Assembly (NCBI GenBank): GCA_036744835.1 | Contig: DAIOHD010000001.1 | Coordinates: 82,320 to 146,319, forward strand | DNA from: Candidatus Magasanikiibacteriota bacterium | GTDB lineage: Bacteria > Patescibacteriota > Patescibacteriia > Magasanikbacterales > GWA2-37-8 | DNA length: 64,000 nt | Direction: 5' to 3' | Shown here: positions 19,224 to 28,481 of the stretch, in pieces | Layout of the letters: every line of letters begins with the position of its first letter | Numbering within the stretch: the stretch's first letter is position 1 | Notes under the pieces: generated by a model | What the model saw: only the letters and a program-made list of their open reading frames with translations | Database searches by the model: none | What the model was told of the DNA's origin: nothing | Made by a program: the position numbers and the translations under genes

Positions 19224-19256
19224 AAAGAAACAATCCGCGGCCCAGTCCGCGGTTTT

Positions 19257-19892
19257 TTATTTCACCTCGGCAAATCTCACTGTTTTCTCAAATAATTCAT
19301 TAGCCTCGTCGGGCAAGATAACCCCGGGGGTAGAAGAAAATTTTTCTTTTTGCGGATTAAGATCGGTTAGCTCAGGAACAAAGTTTTTTTGAACTATCAA
19401 AACACCGTTTTCAGTTTGAAAATAATATTGGTCGTGGCCGCACCCTTCAACTCCTTGCGTTAACTTGTACCCTTCGCGGTCTCCGATTTTTGTTTTTTCC
19501 AAAAACCCGACCTCTTCTTTTATAGTGCCGTCGGTATTTATAAACTCTTTTAGGTATTCCCCGCCAAATTTTGTCAGAGCTCTATCAAGCGATAGAGTGG
19601 TAAAAGAAAATTTGATAGTGAGGTCTTTGAAAGTAGTGGTTGGCAGAGAATCACCCTTGAAATCACAAAAATCCGTATGAAGAAAAGTTTCTACCATATG
19701 GGAAAGAGTTATTGTCCCATTCTCATCTTTTATTGCAAAGGGCTCTAAAAGGATTATTTTTAAATCTGCAGTTTCGTAATATTTTTGTTCTATGACCCCT
19801 GGCATTGGATAGGGTTGTTCATTGGTTATTTTTAAACAACCGGAAATAAGAAATAAGGATAAAAGTAATCCAAAGAAAGATACTTTTTTCAT
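19257..19892 (-). CDS. hypothetical lipoprotein
   Basis: Signal peptide with lipobox LISGC. 211 aa. Confidence 0.5.
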   Translation of the reverse strand: MKKVSFFGLLLSLFLISGCLKITNEQPYPMPGVIEQKYYETADLKIILLEPFAIKDENGTITLSHMVETFLHTDFCDFKGDSLPTTTFKDLTIKFSFTTLSLDRALTKFGGEYLKEFINTDGTIKEEVGFLEKTKIGDREGYKLTQGVEGCGHDQYYFQTENGVLIVQKNFVPELTDLNPQKEKFSSTPGVILPDEANELFEKTVRFAEVK

Positions 19893-20012
19893 AATATTTT
19901 TTAAGGTATTAATTATTAGGTTAGTATATTCTGTCTAGATTTTTTTATCAAGACGATACCGTTGGTCAATTTTTTTTGACGAAAAAAATAAAATTGGTAT
20001 AATGGATTTATT

Positions 20013-20951
20013 ATGAAAAATAAACTTTCTAAATTGGTAGTTGTCTGCGGGCCAACTGCTAGTGGTAAAACCGACCTGACTATTGCTTTAGCCAAACAAT
20101 TTAACGGCGAAATAATTAGTGCTGATTCTCGGCAAATTTATAAGGAAATGGATATTGCAACGGCAAAACCAATAAGAGTTGAAAGTAGAAAGTTGAAAGT
20201 AGAAAGTAGCGATAACGGCGAATATTTGATAGACGATATACCACATTATTTATTGGATATAATAAGTCCGGATGACAGTTTTACACTTAGCGATTATAAA
20301 GAGCAAGCCCAAAAAGCGATTAATGAAATTATCAAAAAAGGTAAAACCCCTTTTTTGGTTGGAGGAACAGGTCTTTACATTAAAGCGATAGTAGATAATT
20401 TGGAAATCCCTAAAGTGGAGCCAAATTTAGCTTTACGAAAAGAGCTAGAAAATAAAAAACAGGAAGATTTGATTCTCATGCTTAAGGAAAACGATCCAGA
20501 TGCTTTTGAAAAAATAGATTTACAAAATCCGCGACGAGTTTTGAGAGCTTTGGAGGTTGTTTTAAGCACTGGAGAATCTTTTTTGAAACAACAGAAAAAA
20601 GGTAAGCCTCTTTATGATGTTTTACAATTGGGAATTAAAGTGGATAAAGAAAATTTACACAGTAGAATAAATAGTAGATGTGAAAAAATGATTGAAGTTG
20701 GGTTGATTCAGGAAGCTAAACGATTGGCACAAAAATATTCTTGGGAATTGCCCAGCATGAGCGGTATAGGTTACCGTCAAATGCGTGATTACATCGAAGG
20801 CAAGATGTCACTTGATGAAGCCCTTGATTGGCTTAAGATAGATACTCGGCATTATGCCAAGCGTCAGATGACTTGGTTTAAAAAAGACGAAAGAATTATT
20901 TGGATAGAAAACGAAAAACAAGCACAAAAGAAATTAGAAGAATTTTTATAA
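20013..20951 (+). CDS. miaA: tRNA dimethylallyltransferase
   Basis: P-loop GPTASGKT, DSRQIYKEMDIATAKP, overall MiaA architecture. Promoter TTGACG-TATAAT immediately upstream. Confidence 0.85.
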   Translation: MKNKLSKLVVVCGPTASGKTDLTIALAKQFNGEIISADSRQIYKEMDIATAKPIRVESRKLKVESSDNGEYLIDDIPHYLLDIISPDDSFTLSDYKEQAQKAINEIIKKGKTPFLVGGTGLYIKAIVDNLEIPKVEPNLALRKELENKKQEDLILMLKENDPDAFEKIDLQNPRRVLRALEVVLSTGESFLKQQKKGKPLYDVLQLGIKVDKENLHSRINSRCEKMIEVGLIQEAKRLAQKYSWELPSMSGIGYRQMRDYIEGKMSLDEALDWLKIDTRHYAKRQMTWFKKDERIIWIENEKQAQKKLEEFL

Positions 20952-21026
20952 AAACCCGCTCTTAGTTAAGAACGGGCCGAGTGTATAAGATTTTAACTGC
21001 TGTCTAGTATGTCGGCAGTTTTTTAT

Positions 21027-22934
21027 TTATTGTTGAATGTCTTCAAAAAATTGAGTGACTGTTTCTCCGGAATCTGCACTCTCTTCAAATAACAAAGTCT
21101 CTGTTCCCATAAAAGTCATAGTTTGCTTGGTGACAGTGTCTTCAGCGGAAATTTTGATTTTGGAAACTAGTACTTGTTGAGAAGGATTTTTCTTGTTGAT
21201 TATCAAGGAAAAAGGGAAAATCAATGTATTGATATCTCCAGGCATATTTTCTATTTTCCAAGTAATAACTTTTTCTTTTTGTTCAAAAGTCAAAACTCCA
21301 GTAGGTAAAGTTGTGGAAACAAAATCAACATCTCCATAAATTTCGGCGGTTAATTCGATATTTTTTAAAGGGTGAAAATTATTGCGTAAAATCCAAGTCA
21401 AGTCGCGCTTGTCTTTATTATCGGCGGTTTTATCGACATTTACTTTTTTCTCAAAAGTAAAATCTGAATTTATCGTTATTTTTACAGGATTGCTGATTAC
21501 GATTTTGTTTTCTTTAGCATCATCAGTAAAAGTTATTTCTGCTACGGCCGAGATAATAGACTCTTTCAAGCTAGCAAGTTTTATTTTTGAACTATCTTTT
21601 ATTGGTAGTTTTAAATCGACATTAATTTCTTGATTGGGTTTGATTTCCGTCAATTCTTTTATTTTGCTTTTATTCCAAGTAACAGTTCCATTACGTAGAT
21701 TATCGTTGATTTGTTTACCTATGATATCACCGTCAAAAGTATCTGTGATTTCTGGCCAATCCAAAATACTGACTTTTTGCAAAGCCGGTGCATCTAATTT
21801 AAGAGCCAAAGAAGCATTTTTTAACGAAGTTTTACCGGCATTTTTAAAACTAAGTGTAATATTTAGCGGGTCTCCTGGTTTGAGTCCAAAATCGCTCATT
21901 GTACCGTTGATAGCTAAATTCATAAGGTAAGCGGTACGAGATAAGGCAATTTCGTTTTCGATTTTTCCTATTTGATAAATTTGTCTAGCTGCTAAAATTG
22001 GTAAATCCAAAGAAGCAAGTAATTTGTGAGTGGTTTCTAATTCACCATTAAAACGTCCGATAAGTTTGAAGTTTTTTGGAAAATAATCGGAAGAAGTCGG
22101 GGTAATAACCCAACGATTTTCAGTATCAAGTGCCGGAGTGGCAGAAACGATAAAAAAATTATCCGGAACTTTTAAAGCTAAATACATTTTTTCCGGTACA
22201 AAATTATTTTTATTTTCTAGTTTATAGTTTATTTCAAAATCAGAGCCGTAAGCTGCGCGCTCAGGAATTTTCGAACTTAGAGTAAAGGGGGATAAAGACA
22301 CTTTTGTGTTTAAAGTTGCTATTTTCTGCATTTGAGAATTTAAATTTCCAGGTTTGTAGTTTAAGAATACTCGCCAAGAACCTTGTTGTTGTAAGGATCC
22401 AAAATTTTGTCCGGAAATATTAATTTCAGCTGAAGATAGTGCTGGAATATCTGAGAGCGACCACTCTGTGTTTCCTAGATTGTCGGCTAGAATATCGCTT
22501 TCTTTAAAAATAAAACCTTCCGGATAATTAATATTAAGCGTTACATTGTTTAGAGGGTAACTTAAATCATTAGTAATCAATATTTTATAGGTACTAGTAC
22601 CGCCAAGCTCTAATTCTTGTGGCCCTTCGATGGTTAAATTTATTTTTTCTTCAGAGAATTTTTCTCCTTGAGGAAAATAAAAAAATCCGGCCCAAGCGGA
22701 AACTGCCATTATGGAAGTGATAAATAATAAAAACAGTATAAAATGTAATAATGGATTACGACGACGGAGTTTTATTTTTTTCATGTCGGGCATTTTGCCG
22801 TTTTGGTCTTCATAAATCAAGGCGATTTTATCGGCAATTTCTTTTTGTTTGTTTTCTCCTAATTCTTTATCGAAAAAATCCCTTTTTTGTTTTCGAGGTC
22901 GTTTTGTGGATAAAATATTTTTTTTCTCAAGCAT
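21027..22934 (-). CDS. large membrane-anchored surface protein with repeated Ig-like/CARDB-like beta domains
   Basis: 635 aa. Basic cytoplasmic N-terminus, one TM (LLHFILFLLFITSIMAVSAWAGFF), long extracellular region. Co-operonic with the DUF4012 gene upstream. Confidence 0.55.
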   Translation of the reverse strand: MLEKKNILSTKRPRKQKRDFFDKELGENKQKEIADKIALIYEDQNGKMPDMKKIKLRRRNPLLHFILFLLFITSIMAVSAWAGFFYFPQGEKFSEEKINLTIEGPQELELGGTSTYKILITNDLSYPLNNVTLNINYPEGFIFKESDILADNLGNTEWSLSDIPALSSAEINISGQNFGSLQQQGSWRVFLNYKPGNLNSQMQKIATLNTKVSLSPFTLSSKIPERAAYGSDFEINYKLENKNNFVPEKMYLALKVPDNFFIVSATPALDTENRWVITPTSSDYFPKNFKLIGRFNGELETTHKLLASLDLPILAARQIYQIGKIENEIALSRTAYLMNLAINGTMSDFGLKPGDPLNITLSFKNAGKTSLKNASLALKLDAPALQKVSILDWPEITDTFDGDIIGKQINDNLRNGTVTWNKSKIKELTEIKPNQEINVDLKLPIKDSSKIKLASLKESIISAVAEITFTDDAKENKIVISNPVKITINSDFTFEKKVNVDKTADNKDKRDLTWILRNNFHPLKNIELTAEIYGDVDFVSTTLPTGVLTFEQKEKVITWKIENMPGDINTLIFPFSLIINKKNPSQQVLVSKIKISAEDTVTKQTMTFMGTETLLFEESADSGETVTQFFEDIQQ

Positions 22935-22942
22935 ATAAATTG

Positions 22943-25540
22943 TTATTTATTTTTTTCCATCAATAAACTCCAAATACCATCCCTTTTTAAGGGGGTTTCA
23001 GGGATAAAATGTCCATTTAGGGCCAAGTTACTATTTTCTCCGGAATTCCAAACAGGTTCAAAGTTTTCCGGATAAATAACCTGAGATTCAAAAGTACTTC
23101 GGGAGCCAGATTGCCTTTGTACTACTATTTGATATTGAGAAGTGATTTTATTGGAGTTTAATAAAGTGTCAAATATTTTTTTATCGGGATTTTTATTGTC
23201 AGTAAAAGCCTTGAAAGGCAATCGATAAATAAATTGAACGGTACTTTTTGTACCAGGCTCGGTGATCACCCAATTACCAAAAGCTGTTTTGCCGAACTCT
23301 TTAGTTATACGTGTACCGGATAATTCTTCAATACCTATTTCTTTTTCCCAGGAAGCTAAGTCAAGATCTTTTACCGCGCCTTTTACCGGAGCACGGAAAT
23401 ATTTTTCTTCCGGCCAAGTAAAGCCATGTGCTGAAATTATTTCACTTCCCTCAGGAACATAAAGACGTAAATAATTAATATTGGTTTGGCCATAAAAATT
23501 TTGTCCCAAAATTCCCTCGTGAATACGAGTAATGGTGACAGTATTGATTATAGTGCCGTCTTTTTCAACAAGAGATTGGTGATAAATTGATTGTTTTATC
23601 TGAGCATCACTTTTTTGACCCTGGATATTACTGTTAACTACCATTAAATAGTCTTTATCATCGGGGGTTTGTATGATTCTACCACCCCATCCAAATCTTT
23701 CGACAGCTTGTTGTGTAGCCGGAGCGGTAAAATAAACTTGAACCTCTTTTTGTATTAGAGCTTCATTTAAATTAAAAAGAAGAGGTAACGTATTTTTAGG
23801 TTCAAGTGAAAAAATCGAAGATAAAAATTGTGGTGCTAAATCCGAAATAATTTGTTTTGGTTTGTTTTCTTTTTTTTCAGATCCGTTTTCGACTATGTTT
23901 TGTAAGGAATTTAAAGCTGTTTTTTCGCTAAGAACCAGCTCTCTTTTTTCATCTGTAATCGGCCCAACCAAAGAGAGAAGTCTTTCCAAAACCGAAGAAT
24001 TTACCGCTATAACGCCGTCTAGAGTGATATTACGACTATGGCGATAAAACCAAAGCATCTTTTCTGCGGATATTTTAAAATCCGGAAACCAATTAGCGTC
24101 TTGAAATTCCCATTTTTTATTTGATAAAAATAAAGGATTTGGAGGTTCAACCAATACACTTGATTGGCCTTGTAAATCATAAGATCCTCCAGCCGGAATT
24201 TCTATTTTTTCTATTTTACCATTTTTGATATCAAGAACTGCGAAACTACCCATAAAACCTCCGGTAGCTCTAATTTCGGCTTCATTTTGAAAAACCACCA
24301 AATAGCGGCGTAAAGAAGAATTACCAAAAATTTCATTGATATTTTGACTTAAATCAGAGATATTTTTTAAATCTGATAAAAGGTTTTGAAATAGTAAGGT
24401 AAAATCTTCAAAAGCAGAGCGATATTCCAAAGGTAAAATATCGACTTTTACCTTATTCATATTTTCAAAAGCATCTTCATAATTTGGAATGGCGGATTTT
24501 AAATGAGTGGAAACAATATTTAATCTTTCCAAAGGAGAAAGTTCTTGATTGTTAGCTTCAGAAATTCCTTTGATAAGATAAGTGTTGGCTAAAGCTATTT
24601 TTTGCCCGGCTAATACCAGATTTTGTCGGCTTTGCACTTCGGATTTTAATATTGGCACTCCGGAAATGATTTTTTGTAAAATTCGGTGGCTTTGTATTTC
24701 TTCAACCGCGGTATTGAAATTTTCTAGAGCATGTACTATAGAGTTTTGGGCGACAGGTAAGTTGGCGGTCATAATAGCAGCGGTTGAATCTTGCAAGGCC
24801 ATGAATCCGCCGGTGCCACTTTGGGTTATTTTTTCAGTGCTTATCTTTAAATTGGTATAAAAAGTTCTAGTTTGCAAAGGCAAAGCTAAAATAATCAAAA
24901 TAGTCATGGTAACAGCCAATGATTTGCGCCAATTTATTTTTTCCAACGAGGAAACAAAAGAAAAAAGAGGTTTATCTGGTTTTTGAATAGTATATTCTTT
25001 ATCTTTTTTTGCTACGTTTTTAGAAAGTTTATCAACAAGAGACTCAAGATCTTCCAATTCTTTGGCAAGTTCTCCTACTAAAGAGTTAAAATTTGATATA
25101 TTTTCTTCCTTTATTGATTTATTTTCGAATTTTTCTTCAATAATATCTTTTTTTGAAAAACTAGATTCCGAAACGAAATTGATATTTGCTAAAGGAATTT
25201 TTTCTTTTGTTTGTTTATTTATTTTTTCATAAAATTTTTCCCATTCATTTTTTTCTTCCCTGGGCGAAGAATCTTCCAGAGAATGCCAGTGATTTTTTGG
25301 ATTTTTTAGATTGACTATATAGGGAGAAACGGTGTCGGAATTTTTTTGTTCCGGATTATGATAGAGAATTTTAATTTTTTTATTTACAGGTAAGGAACTT
25401 TTTATTTCTGATTTTTTTTGAGAAAGCAAAAAATCCGGACAAGTGGCTTTGTTATGTCCGGGTTTGTTGCAAAACTGGCAACGACGAAGTTGAATTCTTT
25501 TTTTAGCGCGCATGAGACTGAAAATAAACTTAAAATTCAA
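22943..25540 (-). CDS. DUF4012-domain surface protein with N-terminal CCHC zinc knuckle
   Basis: 865 aa. N-terminus CQFCNKPGHNKATC (C-x2-C-x4-H-x4-C). TM helix. The DUF4012-type motif RYLVVFQNEAEIRATGGFMGSFAVLDI is recalled from memory. Confidence 0.6.
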   Translation of the reverse strand: MNFKFIFSLMRAKKRIQLRRCQFCNKPGHNKATCPDFLLSQKKSEIKSSLPVNKKIKILYHNPEQKNSDTVSPYIVNLKNPKNHWHSLEDSSPREEKNEWEKFYEKINKQTKEKIPLANINFVSESSFSKKDIIEEKFENKSIKEENISNFNSLVGELAKELEDLESLVDKLSKNVAKKDKEYTIQKPDKPLFSFVSSLEKINWRKSLAVTMTILIILALPLQTRTFYTNLKISTEKITQSGTGGFMALQDSTAAIMTANLPVAQNSIVHALENFNTAVEEIQSHRILQKIISGVPILKSEVQSRQNLVLAGQKIALANTYLIKGISEANNQELSPLERLNIVSTHLKSAIPNYEDAFENMNKVKVDILPLEYRSAFEDFTLLFQNLLSDLKNISDLSQNINEIFGNSSLRRYLVVFQNEAEIRATGGFMGSFAVLDIKNGKIEKIEIPAGGSYDLQGQSSVLVEPPNPLFLSNKKWEFQDANWFPDFKISAEKMLWFYRHSRNITLDGVIAVNSSVLERLLSLVGPITDEKRELVLSEKTALNSLQNIVENGSEKKENKPKQIISDLAPQFLSSIFSLEPKNTLPLLFNLNEALIQKEVQVYFTAPATQQAVERFGWGGRIIQTPDDKDYLMVVNSNIQGQKSDAQIKQSIYHQSLVEKDGTIINTVTITRIHEGILGQNFYGQTNINYLRLYVPEGSEIISAHGFTWPEEKYFRAPVKGAVKDLDLASWEKEIGIEELSGTRITKEFGKTAFGNWVITEPGTKSTVQFIYRLPFKAFTDNKNPDKKIFDTLLNSNKITSQYQIVVQRQSGSRSTFESQVIYPENFEPVWNSGENSNLALNGHFIPETPLKRDGIWSLLMEKNK

Positions 25541-25672
25541 AATTACAAATCCTAAATAAATTATAAATTAAAAAATCCAAAATTCTAAACATAAAAAAAG
25601 CGTTTGGTGCTTTTAATTTAAAATATTAAAATTTATTTGGAACTTGTGATTTTGAATTTGTTGTTTTGTTTA

Positions 25673-26809
25673 TTATACCATTTTTTTATAAACCGATAAA
25701 GTTATTTCAGTAGTATTTTTTTGGCTATACCTAGCTAAGATATTTGGTATGTTGTTGATAAGTTTTTGACGAATGTTTAAATCTGTTAAAACAAGATTGA
25801 TTTTTGAATAAATATCTTGTTCATTTTGTGGTTCAAAGTATAAAACGGCATCTCCTAAAATTTCCGGCAAACAGGTTGCGTTCGAAGAAATTACTGGAAT
25901 TTGATATTGCATGGCTTCAAGTGGTGGAATGCCAAACCCTTCGTATAAAGAAGGAAAAACATAAGCAGTGGCATTTTTATAAAGTACTGACAGATCTTTA
26001 TCAGACAAAAAATCGGTAAAAATTACATTTTGGCAGCTCTTAAGAATTTCAGAATTTATCAAACGATTGTAAAAATAATTTTTTTTACCCACCAAAACAA
26101 GTTGAAACTTTTGATTTTTTTCCTCGAACATTTTCCAAGCTTTTACCAATCGTTCTAGATTTTTATGGGGATAAGCTACGCCAACATATAACAAATACGG
26201 TTTTGTTATTTTGTTTTTGGTCAATATATTTTCTTTTCCATACTTAATACCAGATACTTGATATTCAATACCCAAATCGGTGGGGGCGAGGTAAGTTACG
26301 GTAATTTTATCTCCCGGGATATGTAAAGTTTGAACAATGTCTTGTTTAGTAAATTCGCTTGGAGTTATTATTTGTTTAGCTTTTTTGACCGCGTGGCTTA
26401 GGATAAATTTGTAAGCGAGATTTTTGAAAAAGTATGTTAATGGACCTAAGGTGCTAGCTGTTTTGCTAGGGTGGTGCAATAAAATCAAGTCGTGGACTGT
26501 AACTATAAATTGTCCACGATAAAAAACAGGGGTATTCCAATGGGGAAAATGGATAAAATCGCATTTTTCTTTTCTTAAAATTTTTGGCAATAAAATTTGC
26601 TCTTGCCATCCATACCACGGAATGTCAGCTAAAATTTTTTTGAAACGAGGATTTTTTGGTTGATATTCTGCAAAATTTTCTGTACGCAAAAAAATGACGT
26701 AATCGTTGGTTTGATCCGTTTGTTCCAACCCTTCGATCAATTGTTGTAAATATCGCCCTAAACCACCTTGTTTTGGGCCATAGAGACGAGCATCAATGCC
26801 AATTTTCAT
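25673..26809 (-). CDS. glycosyltransferase family 4 (GT-B fold)
   Basis: The track ORF extends to 26863, but MKIGIDARLYG at 26809 is the likelier start. EX7E-type C-terminal motif region (FPSLYEGFGIPPLEAM). Confidence 0.8.
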   Translation of the reverse strand: MKIGIDARLYGPKQGGLGRYLQQLIEGLEQTDQTNDYVIFLRTENFAEYQPKNPRFKKILADIPWYGWQEQILLPKILRKEKCDFIHFPHWNTPVFYRGQFIVTVHDLILLHHPSKTASTLGPLTYFFKNLAYKFILSHAVKKAKQIITPSEFTKQDIVQTLHIPGDKITVTYLAPTDLGIEYQVSGIKYGKENILTKNKITKPYLLYVGVAYPHKNLERLVKAWKMFEEKNQKFQLVLVGKKNYFYNRLINSEILKSCQNVIFTDFLSDKDLSVLYKNATAYVFPSLYEGFGIPPLEAMQYQIPVISSNATCLPEILGDAVLYFEPQNEQDIYSKINLVLTDLNIRQKLINNIPNILARYSQKNTTEITLSVYKKMV

Positions 26810-26946
26810 AATTAATTCAATTATAAGATAGATTTCTTCTTTCGCCAAGCCTACAAAATACAACGGATTTTGACAATTTTTTTAAACATGATAGAATAAT
26901 TTGTCGTTCTTTTTTAAAATCAATATCCAAACACTGGAGGCGCCCC

Positions 26947-27177
26947 ATGTCTGACTTTTTTGAGAGTCCTACTGAGAAAGAGAAAAACACCACTGAAGAA
27001 CGCTTTTGTATTAAATGTCACGACAACAAACTCCACAAAATTTTTTATGCTGAAAGAACCGGAAGTATTTGGGAAAAAAGAACTTGCTGTGTTTGCGGTA
27101 CTTTTGGTCAGAAAAGTTTATCCACAAAAGAGGAGGAAGTCGTTAGGCTTAAGTATGTGGTGGTATCCTTTGATTAA
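26947..27177 (+). CDS. small zinc-ribbon protein, paralog family member
   Basis: 76 aa. FCIKCHDNKLHKIFYAERTGSIWEKRTCCVCG. Promoter TTGACA-TAGAAT at about 26905-26933, RBS GGAGG, bidirectional terminator at about 27195-27218. Confidence 0.55.
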   Translation: MSDFFESPTEKEKNTTEERFCIKCHDNKLHKIFYAERTGSIWEKRTCCVCGTFGQKSLSTKEEEVVRLKYVVVSFD

Positions 27178-27219
27178 AGGATTTAAGATAAATAGACCCC
27201 TAAAAAAAAGGGTCTTTTT

Positions 27220-28350
27220 TTATTTCAAAATCTCTAAAAATTCTTTGGCAGTTTTTATCCAATCAAATTTTTTTGCTTCTTTGGTGGCCCCCACTACTAA
27301 AGTATCTTTTAATTTTGGATTATTTAATATTTCAACCAGGCCGTCGGCGATTTGAGTTGATTTATTGGGATCAACAAGCCAAGCGCCGCTAGAGGTTATT
27401 TCGGGCATAGAAGAGCGATTGGAGGTGATAACCGGTAAGCCGCTATACATAGCTTCCAAAACCGGGAAACCAAACCCTTCGTAAAATGAAGGATAAACAA
27501 AAATATTAGCTCGGCGATAAAGTTCGGGTTTATCTTCGTTTTTTATATAATCAACAAAACTTATTTTTTGTTTTAGGGGTGAATTATCTATTCTTTTAAA
27601 AATTTCTTTATTTTTCCAGCCTCGCGCACCGGCGATTACCAGGTGATAAGGCAGAGGCAAACGGGTAAAAGATTTTTCGTAAGCTTCTACAATGCTCAAA
27701 ATATTTTTTCTAGGTTCAATCGTGCCCAAAAATAAAACATAATTGTCCGGTAGATTTAATTTTCTGTTTTGTTCCGGAGAATTTTTGAAAACAGGGGAAA
27801 TTCCTGGATAAATAACATGAATTTTATTTTCAGGAATATTGTAAAAATTTATCAAATCTCGTTTGGTGTTAACGCTCGGAACCAAAATTATATTGGATTT
27901 GAAACATTGTTTTTTTGGACGGATGAAAGAGTGCCAAAGTTTTTGTTTGAAAGAAAAATATTCCGGGAAAAATTCAAAAGATAAATCGTGAACCGTCAGT
28001 ATTTTTTTGGTTTTTTTACTCAAAGCTGTAAAATTGAAATTGGGAGAAAAAAAATAATCTAAGTTTTGTGGTGGAGCTTTTTTGGTGATTATTTTATCAA
28101 TTTTGGGCCAATTTAGAAATTTTTGACAAAAGTTGAAAATTTTATTCGGCCAATTTTTTTTTACAAAATGGACATTATTGTATTTCCAGTTCGGTAAATA
28201 TTTATCCAAGTCTTTGTAAGAATTATAAAATAAAAAATATTGATTTTGTTTATCAATTTGGAATATTGCGTTGAGAAGTTCATAAGTATATTCACCAACT
28301 CCCGTGCGAACAGGGGATAGGAGTAGACGAACATCAATACCTATATTCAT
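27220..28350 (-). CDS. glycosyltransferase family 4
   Basis: GT4 motifs (YPSFYEGFGFPVLEAM). Start probably MNIGIDVR at 28350; the track start is 28377. Confidence 0.8.
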   Translation of the reverse strand: MNIGIDVRLLLSPVRTGVGEYTYELLNAIFQIDKQNQYFLFYNSYKDLDKYLPNWKYNNVHFVKKNWPNKIFNFCQKFLNWPKIDKIITKKAPPQNLDYFFSPNFNFTALSKKTKKILTVHDLSFEFFPEYFSFKQKLWHSFIRPKKQCFKSNIILVPSVNTKRDLINFYNIPENKIHVIYPGISPVFKNSPEQNRKLNLPDNYVLFLGTIEPRKNILSIVEAYEKSFTRLPLPYHLVIAGARGWKNKEIFKRIDNSPLKQKISFVDYIKNEDKPELYRRANIFVYPSFYEGFGFPVLEAMYSGLPVITSNRSSMPEITSSGAWLVDPNKSTQIADGLVEILNNPKLKDTLVVGATKEAKKFDWIKTAKEFLEILK

Positions 28351-28481
28351 AGATAATTTTAAATTTATAATTTTCAATTTTTATTGAATTTTTAATGATT
28401 AAATTTTGAAGGTTCAATTATTTTTTGATTAATTAAAAATTGACCATTCATTAAAAATTGTAAAATTAAAAATTAAAAATT

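Noticed and set aside
22900-27130. Possible replication origin (DnaA boxes TTATCCACA at about 27119 and TGTGGATAA at about 22909)
   Set aside because: Only isolated single boxes inside or next to coding sequence. No cluster, and gyrA/gyrB are not flanking dnaA here.
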